A DNA stretch of 64,000 bases from positions 192,001 through 256,000 of the forward strand of contig CAWHTE010000004.1 of the NCBI GenBank assembly GCA_963832165.1, read 5' to 3'. The notes below the pieces were generated by a model. That model had not been told where the DNA came from and made no database searches. It was given only the letters and a program-made list of their open reading frames with translations. Made by a program: the position numbers and the translations under genes. Source of the stretch: an uncultured delta proteobacterium (GTDB lineage Bacteria; Myxococcota_A; UBA9160; SMWR01). Shown here piece after piece: positions 1-9,484 of the stretch; position 1 is the stretch's first letter; every line of letters begins with the position of its first letter.

Positions 1-827
1 GGCTCGCCGATCCGCTCGACGAGGTCGCGCATTCGCCGGTCAAGAACGTGATCCGCGTCTACCGCGACCGGATCGCGTTCTGCGTGAACAACGAGTGCGC
101 GCTCTACTGCCGCTTCTGCCTGCGCAAGCGCATGGTGGGCGAGCCCGAATGGGCGATGAAGAAGCGCGAGCTCGAGGTGGCGCTCGACTGGATCCGCGCG
201 ACGCCCGAGATCCGCGACGTGCTGCTCACGGGCGGCGACCCGCTCGTGTTCTCGGACGAGCGGCTCGGCTGGCTGCTCGGGGAGCTGCGCGCGATCCCGC
301 ACGTGGAGATCGTGCGGCTCGGCACCCGGCTGCCGGTGACGCTGCCGTTCCGCGTCACCGACGAGCTGTGCCGCATGCTCGCGCGTTCCATCCGCTCTGG
401 CTCAACACGCACTTCAACCACCCGAAGGAGCTCACGCCCGAGGCCGCGGACGCGCTCGCGCGGCTCGCGGACGCGGGGATTCCGATCGGGAACCAGAGCG
501 TGCTCCTGCGCGGCATCAACGACGACGTGGCGACGATGCAGGCGCTGTGCGAAGGGCTCGTGCGCCTGCGCGTCCGGCCCTACTACTGCTACCAGGCGCA
601 GCTGCTCGAGGGCACCGCGCACTTCCGCGTGCCGATCGAAGACGGGCGTCGCGCTGTTCCGCGCGCTGCGCGGCCGCACGAGCGGCTTCGCGATCCCGCA
701 GTACGTCCTCGACACGCCGTACGGAAAGGTCCCGCTCGCCCATCCCTATCTGCGCGGGCGCGAGGGCGACGACGTCGTCGTGGAGACCTACGACGGCCGG
801 ATCTGGCGCGAGCCGAACCCGCGATAG
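1..827 (+). CDS. KamA/lysine 2,3-aminomutase-family radical SAM protein (5'-truncated by window edge; two compensating frameshifts near 385 and 640)
   Basis: CALYCRFC (CxxxCxxC), LLTGGDPL, RLGTRLPV in ORF 48..827; NTHFNHPKE, NQSVLLRGIND, RPYY in the overlapping frame 95..1027; GRTSGFAIPQYVLD back in the first frame. Confidence 0.85.
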   Translation, partial: LADPLDEVAHSPVKNVIRVYRDRIAFCVNNECALYCRFCLRKRMVGEPEWAMKKRELEVALDWIRATPEIRDVLLTGGDPLVFSDERLGWLLGELRAIPHVEIVRLGTRLPVTLPFRVTDELCRMLARSIRSGSTRTSTTRRSSRPRPRTRSRGSRTRGFRSGTRACSCAASTTTWRRCRRCAKGSCACASGPTTATRRSCSRAPRTSACRSKTGVALFRALRGRTSGFAIPQYVLDTPYGKVPLAHPYLRGREGDDVVVETYDGRIWREPNPR

Positions 828-843
828 CTGGCATAATCGGGGC

Positions 844-2408
844 GTGGGGGGAACGCCCGCAAAGCGTCCGGGCGCGAGGGTCGGACTGGTCGCCCTCGTG
901 CTCGCCGGCAGTGTCGCGCTCTCGCGCGTGCTCGGCGTCGCGCGCGAGATGGTGCTGTCGCGCGTGCTCGGCAACGGCGCGGAGGTGGACGCCTACCGCG
1001 CCGCGTTCATGCTGCCCGACCTGCTGAACTACCTGCTCGCCGGCGGCGTGCTGTCGATCGTGTTCATCCCGTTCTACACGCGGGTGCGCGAGCGGGAGGG
1101 CGATCGCGGCCGCGGACCGCTTCCTGGCGCTCGTATTCGGCTCGACCGGGCTGCTCGCGATCGCTGGGAACGCTCGCGATGTGGCTCGCGGCGGACCGGC
1201 TGGTCGCGCTGCAGTTCGGCTTTCCCGCGGAGCAGGCCGCACAGACCGCGCGCCTGACGCGGATCCTGTTGCCCGCACAGATCTTCTTCGTCGCGGGCGG
1301 CGTGTTGCGCGGCGCACTGATGGCGCGCGGCCACTTCGTCTCGCAGACGCTCGCGCCCGTGATCTACAACCTCGCGATCATCGCGGGCGGGCTCGCGTTC
1401 GGCCGCCAGCTCGGCGCCGAGGGCTTCGCGTGGGGCGCGGTGGCGGGCGCCGTGCTGGGCGCGTTCGGGACCGCGTGGGTCGAGGCGCGCCGCGCGTTCC
1501 ATCTGCGCGTGCGGATCGATCTGCGCGATCCCGCGCTGCACCGCTACATCGCAGCCGCCGTTCCGCTCGTGCTCGGCGCCACGATGGTCACCGTGGACGA
1601 GTGGTACGACAAATGGTTCGGGGCGCGGCTCGCGGAAGGCAGCATCTCGGCGCTCACCTACGCGCGGCAGCTCATGCTGTTGCCCGTCGCGATGATCGGT
1701 CAGGCGATCGCGACCGCCGCGCTCCCGACGCTCGCGCGCCTCTCGTCCGAGGGCCGCGAAGCGGAGCTCAACGAGACGCTGCTCGGCGCGCTGCGCGCGG
1801 GGCTCGCGCTGTCATGCGCGGCCGCAGCGGTCGCGTTCGGCTTCGCCGAGCCGATCGTGCGGCTGCTCTACGAGGGCGGGCGGTTCGGCGCGAGCGACAC
1901 GCAGCGCGTCGCCGGCCTGTTGCAGCTCTTCGCGCTCGCGGTGCCGGCGTGGATCGGCCAGCAGATCGCCGTGCGCGGGTTCTATGCGCGCGGCGAGACC
2001 TGGCAGCCGATGTGGCTCGGCACCGCGATCGCGGTCGCGGCGGCGGGGCTCTACTGGACACTCGGCCAGCGCTACGGCGCGACCGGACTCGCGGTCGCGG
2101 GTGTGCTCGCGATGAACGTCAACGCGCTCGCGACGCTTGCGCTGCTGCGCGGCGCCACGGCGGGCCCGCGCTCGCCGCGATCGCGAGCACCACGGCGCGC
2201 GCAGCGCTGATCGCCGGGGTCGCGGGTGTCGCCGCAGCCGCGGTTCCGCGCGCTGGGATCGGGCAAGATCGGCGCCGTGGTCGACCTCGCGGTCGGCGGC
2301 GGCGTGTTCGGGGCCATCGCGTTCGCGGGCGTGCAGGTCGTCGGCGATGATTCGCTGCGCAGCGCCCTGCGCGGAATCACGCGCCGGTTGCTGCGCGGGA
2401 AACGATGA
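844..2408 (+). CDS. murJ: MurJ/MviN lipid II flippase (about four frameshifts, likely sequencing indels)
   Basis: [25 protein letters not shown] in frame 547..1257; [34 protein letters not shown] in 1179..2210; C-terminus in 2226..2408. Confidence 0.85.
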
Positions 2409-5400
2409 CCGGAACCTGGTCGTTCTGGATCGATCGCGGCGGCACGTTCACCGATGGCATCGGCGTGGCGCCCGACGGCGCGCTGCACATCGCGAAGGTG
2501 CTGTCTTCCGACGAGGCGCCGGCGCAGCTCGTGCGACAGGTGCTCGAACGCGCCGGCGCGCTCGCGCCGGGTGCTGTGCCACCGCACGTGCGCGTCGAGC
2601 TCGGCACGACCGTCGCGACGAACGCGCTGCTCGAGCGGCGCGGGGTATCCGACGCTGTTCGTCACCAACGCGGGCTTCGGCGACCTGCTCGCGATCGGCA
2701 CCCAGGAGCGGCCCGAGCTGTTCGAGCTCGCGATCCGCAAGCCCGCGCCGCTGCCGAGCGCCGTGCTCGAAGTGCGCGGGCGCGTCGGTGCGCGACGGCG
2801 AGGTCGTCGAGCCGCCCGATCTCGCGGCGGCACGCGATGCGCTCGCGCAGGCGCGCGCGCAGGGACACCGCGCGGTGGCGATCGCGCTGATCCACGCGAC
2901 CGCGTATCCGGAGATGGAGCGCGCGCTCGCGGTGCTCGCGCGCGAGGTCGGCTTCGAGCACGTCGCGGTTTCGCACGAGGTCGCGAACGAAGCGGGCCTG
3001 CTCGCGCGCGCCGAGACCACCGCCGTCGACGCGTATCTCACGCCGCTGTTGCGCGGACACGCCGCGGCGCTGCGCGCGGCGCTGCCCGACGCACAGCTGC
3101 GCTTCATGCAGTCTTCGGGCGGCCTGACCGACGCGGAGCGCTTCCGCGGCCCGAACGCGCTGCTCTCGGGTCCGGCCGGCGGCGTGGTCGGAGCCACCTT
3201 CGTCGCCGAGCGCGCGGGCTTCGCGCGCGCGGTCGGCTTCGACATGGGCGGCACCTCGACCGACGTCTCGCTGCTCGAGCCCGGCGATCTGCCGCGCAGC
3301 TTCGAGACCGTGGTCGGGGGCGTGCGCGTGAAGGCGCCGATGCTGCGCGTGCACACGGTCGCAGCCGGCGGAGGCTCGCTGTGCCGGTTCGACGGCTTCC
3401 GCTTCACGGTCGGTCCCGAGAGCGCGGGCGCGTTGCCGGGGCCGCTCTGTTATGGGCACGAGGGCGCGCGCGAGATCGCGCTCACGGACGCGAACCTCGC
3501 GCTCGGCCGCGTGCAGCCCGACCGCTTTCCGTTTCCGCTCGCGCGCGAGCGCGTCGACGCCGCGCTCGCACAGCGTGTGCGCGGTGCTGCGCGCAGCGGG
3601 CCTCGAGCGGACGCCGGAACAGGTCGCAGCGGGCTTCGTCGAAGTCGCGAACGCGAGCATGGCGCAGGCGATCGCACAGGTGTCGATCGCGCGTGGCGTC
3701 GACCCGCGCGCGTGCGCGCTCGTGGGCTTCGGCGGCGCGGGTGGCCAGCACGTGTGTGCGGTCGCGCGATCGCTCGGGATGAAGACGGTGCTCTTGCACC
3801 CGCTCGCGGGGGTCCTGTCGGCCTGGGGGATCGGAATCTCGGGCGCGAGCTGGGACGGGCAGCGCGACGCGCGGCGCGCGGCGCTGCCGGCCGCTCCCGC
3901 ATCGCTGCCCGAGCCCGTGCTCGCGGCGCTTCGCGAGCTCGAGCGGGAAGGGCGCGCCGCGCTGATCGCGGAGGGCATTGCCCCGGACGAGATCCTCGTC
4001 GAGCGGCGCCTCGATCTGCGCCACGTGGGCACGGAGACCGCGCTCGCCGTGGCCGAGCCCGCGCAGGGACACTGGGCGGCTGCGTTTGCGCACGAGCACC
4101 TCGCGCGCTTCGGCTACACGCGGCCGGAGCACCCGATCGAGATCACGGCGGCGCGCGTGCGCGTGTTCGAGCGCGGCGCGGCTCCACCGCTTGTCCGGGC
4201 CGCGACGAGCGCAGCGGCGGCTCCGCCCGCAGTACGGCGCAGCGAGCCCGTCTGGTTCCCCGCGCTCGGCCGCATCGCGACGCCCGTGTACTGGCGCGAG
4301 GACCTCGCACCGGGTCACGAGCTCGCGGGCCCCGCGCTGATCCTCGAAGCCACCGGCACCGTGGTGCTCGAGCCCGGGTTCGCGCTGCGCGTCGACGGCG
4401 AGGGCGTGCTGCATCTGCGCGACGAGCAAGGAGGCCGAGGAAGTCGGCCGACGCGCAGCGAGCCGGAGGCGAGCGAAGGCGGGCCCCTGCACGAGCAGGG
4501 AGCAGCCGCGGTCGAGCCCGCGCGCGACGCGGCGGATCCCGTGCGACTCGAGGTGTTCGGCAATCGCTGCATGTCGATCGCGGAGCAGATGGGTGCGGTG
4601 CTCCGAAACACCTCGATCTCGACCAACATCAAGGAGCGGCTCGACTACTCGTGCGCCGTGTTCGACGCCGAGGGCGGGCTCGTCGCCAACGCGCCGCACA
4701 TTCCGGTGCACCTGGGTGCGATGGCCGAGACGGTGGCGGTCGTGCGCCAGCGCTTCCCCGATCTCGCCGCGGGCGATGCCGTGGTCACCAACGATCCGTT
4801 CGCGGGCGGCTCGCATCTGCCAGACGTCACGGTCGTGACGCCCGTGTTCGCGGGCGGCAGCTCGCCGAGCTTCTTCGTGGCAAGCCGCGGCCACCACGCG
4901 GACATCGGCGGCACGACCCCGGGCTCGATGCCCGCCGACGCGACCTCGCTCGAAGAGGAGGGCGTGCTGATCGAGCCATTCCGCGTCGTGCGCGCGGGCC
5001 ACTTCGACGAGGCGCGCCTGCGCGCGCTCCTCACGGGCGCGCGCTATCCCGCGCGCCGGCCCGACGACAACGTGGCGGAGCTCACCGCGATGATTGCGGC
5101 CAACCGGGCGGGCGCGCGCCTGCTCGAGAGCTGGGTGGAAGAGCAGGGGCTCGCACCGATCGCCGCGACGATGCGGGAGCTCCAGGTCGCCGCCGCCGGA
5201 AAGGTGCGCCGCGAGATCGCGCGGCTGCCCGACGGAGAGCACCGTTTCGCCGATCAGATGGACGACGGCACGCCCGTGGCCGTGAAGCTCGTGGTCGCGG
5301 GCGATCGCATGACGATCGACTTCGCGGGCACGGGCCCCGCGGTCGCGGGCAACCTGAACGCGCCGCGCGCGGTGGTGCAGGCGGCCGTGATCTACGTGCT

Positions 5401-6064
5401 GCGCAGCCTCGTGGCCGAGCGCATCCCGCTGAACGGCGGCTGCCTCGAGCCCGTGACGATCGAGGTTCCGCGCGGCTCGCTGCTCGATCCGCCGCGCGGG
5501 CATGCGGTCTCGGGCGGAAACGTCGAGACCTCTCAGCGGGTCGTGGACGTGCTGCTCGGCGCGATCGGCCGCGCCGCGGCGAGTCAGGGCACGATGAACA
5601 ACGTCGCGTTCGGCGACGAGACGTTCGGCTACTACGAGACGATCGGCGGCGGTGCGGGCGCGGGGCCCGGCTTCGACGGCGCGTCGGGCGTGCACACCCA
5701 CATGACCAACACGCGCATCACCGATCCGGAGATCCTCGAAACGCGCCATCCGGTGCGACTCGTCGCATTCGCGCTGCGGCGCGGCTCCGGCGGGGCGGGG
5801 CGCTTCCGCGGCGGCGACGGGCTCGTGCGCCGATATCGGTTCCTCGCGCCGCTCACCGCGTCGCTGCTCACGGAGCGGCGCGTGCGTGCGCCATACGGTC
5901 TCGAGGGCGGGTCACCTGGCGCGTGCGGACGCAACGCCATCGTGCGCTCGGACGGACGCGTCGAAGAGCTGCCGTCGCGCGCGGTGGTAGTGCTCGCGCC
6001 CGACGACGAGCTCGTGATCGAGACACCCGGTGGCGGCGGCTACGGCGCACCGCGCGGCGCGTGA
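2405..6064 (+). CDS. Fused hydantoinase A/B - 5-oxoprolinase (ATP-hydrolysing) family protein (frameshifts near 2645, 2790, 3575)
   Basis: [98 protein letters not shown] distributed over consecutive frames. Confidence 0.9.
4422..4502 (+). repeat. 69-bp in-frame insertion flanked by an 11/12 direct repeat, with internal hairpin
   Basis: ACGAGCAAGGAG (4422-4433) and ACGAGCAGGGAG (4491-4502); internal GGCCGA-GGAAG-TCGGCC (4433-4449). Confidence 0.5.
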
Positions 6065-6069
6065 GCCAC

Positions 6070-6098
6070 TTGCCCCGACGGCGATGGCTCTCTAAGGT
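6070..6098 (+). promoter_or_regulatory. Putative sigma70-type promoter of tRNA-Lys
   Basis: TTGCCC-N17-TAAGGT ending 8 nt before the tRNA. Confidence 0.5.
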
Positions 6099-6106
6099 CG
6101 GCCCCG

Positions 6107-6182
6107 GGGCGCGTAGCTCAGTTGGTAGAGCAAGGGACTCTTAATCCCTAGGTCGAAGGTTCGAGCCCTTCCGCGCTCACCA
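6107..6182 (+). tRNA. tRNA-Lys(CTT)
   Basis: Acceptor GGGCGCG/CGCGCTC, anticodon arm AGGGA-CT-CTT-AA-TCCCT, GGTTCGAG T-loop, encoded CCA. Confidence 0.97.
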
Positions 6183-7122
6183 TTGAATCAATGGGTTACG
6201 CGCACTCGGCTCGGAGCGGATTCCGCCACGTAAGCACCACGTAAGCGGATGGAGCGTGTTCACCCGCGGGTGTCCATGGGGTTCCGCCGCGACGCGGGGG
6301 TCCATGAGGTGATGTTCGCTCATGGGCTTCAACGTGGCGCAATTCGTTCATGGGCTCGCGGTCGAACTCGCGAGCAAGCGACGGCATCGATGAGCTTCAG
6401 CCAGAGAGTGATATTGCTCGCGGTCGCTTGTCTCTTTGCTTGCGGGGCCAAGGTCGAACGAATCGGCCCGGATATCGCCATTGTGGCGGCGACCGTACCG
6501 GGCAGTGTCTCGGAAGTAGCAACTACACTCCGCCGTTCGAAGACTCTAACGCAGGAAGGCGTTGCAAAGGATTTTTGTGGTTACTGGGTTAGAGGACTTA
6601 GATCTGGTGAAAGACGATGCGTCCGCTAGAGATCCGTCCGCTGATAATCTCAATAACCCAGAAGTGGAACGATATTTGGCGCTGCCGTCCGAGCGGCGAA
6701 GGGAAGATATATTCCTCGAGAATTTGGGGGCGTCCTTTTGGATCTCGGAATACGTGGTGGACGGGAAACCAGCTCCCTTTTCGTGCAGCTTCATTCTCCA
6801 CCTAGAGCCCGACGGCGACCAGCGGACTCGGGTCGTGGTGCTGGAGTACCAGCCGCGAGTTGACGTTGGGTCGAAGATCGACCTAACGCACCACGGCTTT
6901 GTGCTCGTACCCGACCTGCAAATCGTTCCACCGACTACTCGCGATCGCGTGGAAGTGTTGGAGCGAGTGCAGAACGTGATCTCTGATTCGGAATAAGGGG
7001 GTCACGATCGCGGGTCTGATTGTCCTTTCCGCTCGCGCAGATCGCGCGGATAGGTACGCATCGACTCCGAGTGGGCGGTCACAAAAGTGACACTTCACGC
7101 GCGCGCGAACCCGCGCTCACCA
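6171..7122. mobile_element. Small tRNA-Lys-anchored islet bounded by 12-bp direct repeat CCGCGCTCACCA (att-like); no integrase
   Basis: tRNA 3' end 6171-6182 recurs at 7111-7122; interior visibly more AT-rich than flanks. Confidence 0.6.
6390..6996 (+). CDS. Hypothetical lipoprotein (one frameshift near 6590)
   Basis: MSFSQRVILLAVACLFAC lipobox-type signal in frame 6249..6629, apparently continuing in frame 6562..6996. Confidence 0.55.
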
Positions 7123-7280
7123 GTTTCTCCAGGCCTTCGAGGCCCGGGCTTCCGAAGACGGCGCAGATCGAGCGATGAAATCTCCTCGAGATCGCGATCC
7201 GTCTTCTTCGAAGCAAACCGAGCGCGGGCCACGCAGCCGTCCAATCGGCGGTAGCTAAGAAAGCGCAATATTCTAAGTTC

Positions 7281-7331
7281 ATCAAGCATTCTATTTAAGT
7301 GCTTGATAAAGCAAGCAAACCGAGGGATACT
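7281..7331 (+). promoter_or_regulatory. Palindromic operator ATCAAGCA-N11-TGCTTGAT overlapping the -35 of a likely leaderless promoter for the XRE gene
   Basis: Perfect 8-bp inverted repeat 7281-7288/7300-7307 in an AT-rich patch; TTGATA(7303-7308)-N17-GATACT(7326-7331), ATG at 7338 with no SD. Confidence 0.65.
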
Positions 7332-7337
7332 GGGCCG

Positions 7338-7733
7338 ATGCGAAGCGGCACCAAACGGCGTGGCAAGCGCGCCGAGTTCGTCGCGCGATCCTCCGAGCTG
7401 GGCGCGCTCCTCTCCGATTTGCGCAGGGCGAAGGGACTCACGTTGCGCGAGGTGGAGGAAGCTGCGGACAAGGCGGTCTCGAATGCCTATCTGAGCCAGC
7501 TCGAGAATGGGAAGATCCGCAAGCCCTCTCCCAACGTGTTGTACAGCCTCTCCGAGGTCTATGCCGTGCCGTACGACACGTTGATGGAGAAGGCCGGATA
7601 CCTGTCGCCCACTCAGAATGGAAGTGGACGCCGCAAGAGGTTGACGGCCTTCGCGATCGACGACCTGACCGCCGAGGAGGAGGAAGAGCTGCTCAAGTAC
7701 CTGGCGTTCCTCCGCTCCCGAACTTCTTCATGA
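7338..7733 (+). CDS. XRE-family helix-turn-helix transcriptional regulator
   Basis: LGALLSDLRRAKGLTLREVEE..VSNAYLSQLENGKIRKPSPNVLYSLSEVY; C-terminal helix LTAEEEEELLKYLAFLR. Confidence 0.9.
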   Translation: MRSGTKRRGKRAEFVARSSELGALLSDLRRAKGLTLREVEEAADKAVSNAYLSQLENGKIRKPSPNVLYSLSEVYAVPYDTLMEKAGYLSPTQNGSGRRKRLTAFAIDDLTAEEEEELLKYLAFLRSRTSS

Positions 7734-8209
7734 CATCGCTGCCCGGAGTATCCAACGTGACTCAAGCCCGCGTATACGTCAGCTTCGATATCGACCACGA
7801 CCGGGAGCTCTACGAACGGCTTCTGGCTCAGTCTGGAGACTCGAGCTTCTGTGTCTCGGGCCGATCCGAGTTGGCGATCACGGCCGACGCATGGACCGAC
7901 CACGTGCGCAGTCGAATCCGCGATGCGGACGAGGTGATCGTCATTTGCGGCGAGCACACCGAGTCGTCGCCGCGCATGAGCGCCGAGCTGCGGATCGCGC
8001 AAGAGGAGTCCACACCCTACTTCCTCCTCTGGGGTCGACGCGGGATGCTGTGCACGAAGCCGGTGGGAGCGAAGCCCCTGGAGGGGATGTACAAGTGGAC
8101 GCGGGAGATCCTGGAAGATCAGGTCGCCATCGCCCTGCGCCGCGCGCGCGCGCTGGAACCGACCTCCGCGGTCTCTGCGAGCACCGATCGCGGATCGGCC
8201 ATCGGGTGA
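7730..8209 (+). CDS. TIR-domain protein, ThsB/MTH538 (DUF1863)-like
   Basis: RVYVSFDIDHD, WTDHVRSRIRDADEVIVICGEHT, SAELRIA (Glu86), YFLLWG, CTKP, MYKWT; ATGA overlap with XRE gene. Confidence 0.75.
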   Translation: MTSLPGVSNVTQARVYVSFDIDHDRELYERLLAQSGDSSFCVSGRSELAITADAWTDHVRSRIRDADEVIVICGEHTESSPRMSAELRIAQEESTPYFLLWGRRGMLCTKPVGAKPLEGMYKWTREILEDQVAIALRRARALEPTSAVSASTDRGSAIG

Positions 8210-8246
8210 TGCGCACCCGGCGACCACGCGAAGCACCCCGAAGCTT

Positions 8247-9293
8247 TCAATCGCTCGCTTCGATCGCCCGGATCGCCGCGAGGTCGCCGGCGATGCGCCG
8301 GTGCAGCGCACCGCCGGTGCGCCACATGTAACAGGAGTCGGTCATGCCGCCGCCCGCCATCATGCCGGGCCGCGGCGCGCCGGGCTGTCTCTGCCAGCGC
8401 TCCATCACCGCGGGCACGCATTGGATCAGCGTCGGCGCGAGGTTCAGCAGCGCGTCGAGCAGGGGGCGATCGGACTCGCGCGCACCCAGGCGCGCGAACA
8501 GCGCCGCGGCCATGCCCGCGAGCGCGCTCTTGCCCGCGAGGTCGGCGAGCGGCTCGCTGCGGTCGCGCCACTCGCCATAGAACGCGCCGCGGCCGCTCTC
8601 TCGCTCCGCGGCGCGCAGCGAACGCAGCACCATCGTGTCGGGATCGATCTCGGCCTGCGCGCGGATCTCGAGTCGGCTCGCGAGGCGCTCGAGCGGGTCG
8701 GTGTCGGCGCGCACCACGAGCGGAACGAAGTGGACGTCGGCCTGCTGCAGCGTGAGCTGGAGACCGTCCCTTCCCAACACGCCATCGACCGAGAGGCTGC
8801 GGTGGAAGATCCGCTGTCCGTCCGGACGCACCCGGCCGGCGTGGCGCTCGCGCTCGAGCGCGAGACCCGTCTGCGCCGTGGAGAGCAGGAGCTGCGCGAG
8901 CGTGAGCACGTGCGAGCAGCCGAGCGGGCCGCCCAGCGCCGCGGCAAGCCGGCGCGTCGCATCCGCGTCGAGTGGTGTGCCCACGAGCGCTTCGATGCGC
9001 GCGTGGGGATCGCGGCAGCACTCACCGCCCGTCGCGAGCGACGGCTCGAACGCGACGCTCGGTTGCTCGACACGAACCGAGGTGATGCGCGCCGCGGGCA
9101 GCTCGATCTCCGCGCGCACGTGCATGTCGTGGATCACGCCCGCGGTCTGCAGATCACTCGCCATCGGAACGAGACCGCGCTTGCGCACGTCGACGATCGC
9201 GCCATTCGCATCGACCCGGCCCGGATCCAGCTGCGTGAGCGCGACGACGAGCGTGCGGGTGTGTGCGGGGGCGCCGATCGCTTCGAGCTCCAT
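8247..9293 (-). CDS. DUF2889-like hypothetical protein
   Basis: HTRT..., IHDMHVRAEI, ECC, LGGPLGCSHVLTL, C-terminal DSCYMW. Confidence 0.65.
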   Translation of the reverse strand: MELEAIGAPAHTRTLVVALTQLDPGRVDANGAIVDVRKRGLVPMASDLQTAGVIHDMHVRAEIELPAARITSVRVEQPSVAFEPSLATGGECCRDPHARIEALVGTPLDADATRRLAAALGGPLGCSHVLTLAQLLLSTAQTGLALERERHAGRVRPDGQRIFHRSLSVDGVLGRDGLQLTLQQADVHFVPLVVRADTDPLERLASRLEIRAQAEIDPDTMVLRSLRAAERESGRGAFYGEWRDRSEPLADLAGKSALAGMAAALFARLGARESDRPLLDALLNLAPTLIQCVPAVMERWQRQPGAPRPGMMAGGGMTDSCYMWRTGGALHRRIAGDLAAIRAIEASD

Positions 9294-9358
9294 GGCGGCG
9301 AGTGTCCGCGCCGCGATTGGCGTCCGCAAGCAAGCTCAGCCATCCTCGCGGACCCTGC

Positions 9359-9442
9359 GCCGGGGTGGCGGAACTGGCAGACGCGATGGCCTTAGAAGCC
9401 ATCGTCCGAGAGGGCGTGCAGGTTCGAATCCTGTCCCCGGCA
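9359..9442 (+). tRNA. tRNA-Leu(TAG), CCA not fully encoded
   Basis: Acceptor GCCGGGG/CCCCGGC, anticodon arm ATGGC-CT-TAG-AA-GCCAT, long variable arm, GGTTCGAATCC; followed by ACCG; typical position upstream of tig. Confidence 0.95.
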
Positions 9443-9484
9443 CCGCCTCCACCCCTCCTTTCCGACCACTCGAGGCCCACTCCG

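Noticed and set aside
7079..7289. Small minus-strand ORFs (64-68 aa) divergent from the XRE gene
   Set aside because: No SD or motifs; they start inside the operator and cross the att-like repeat
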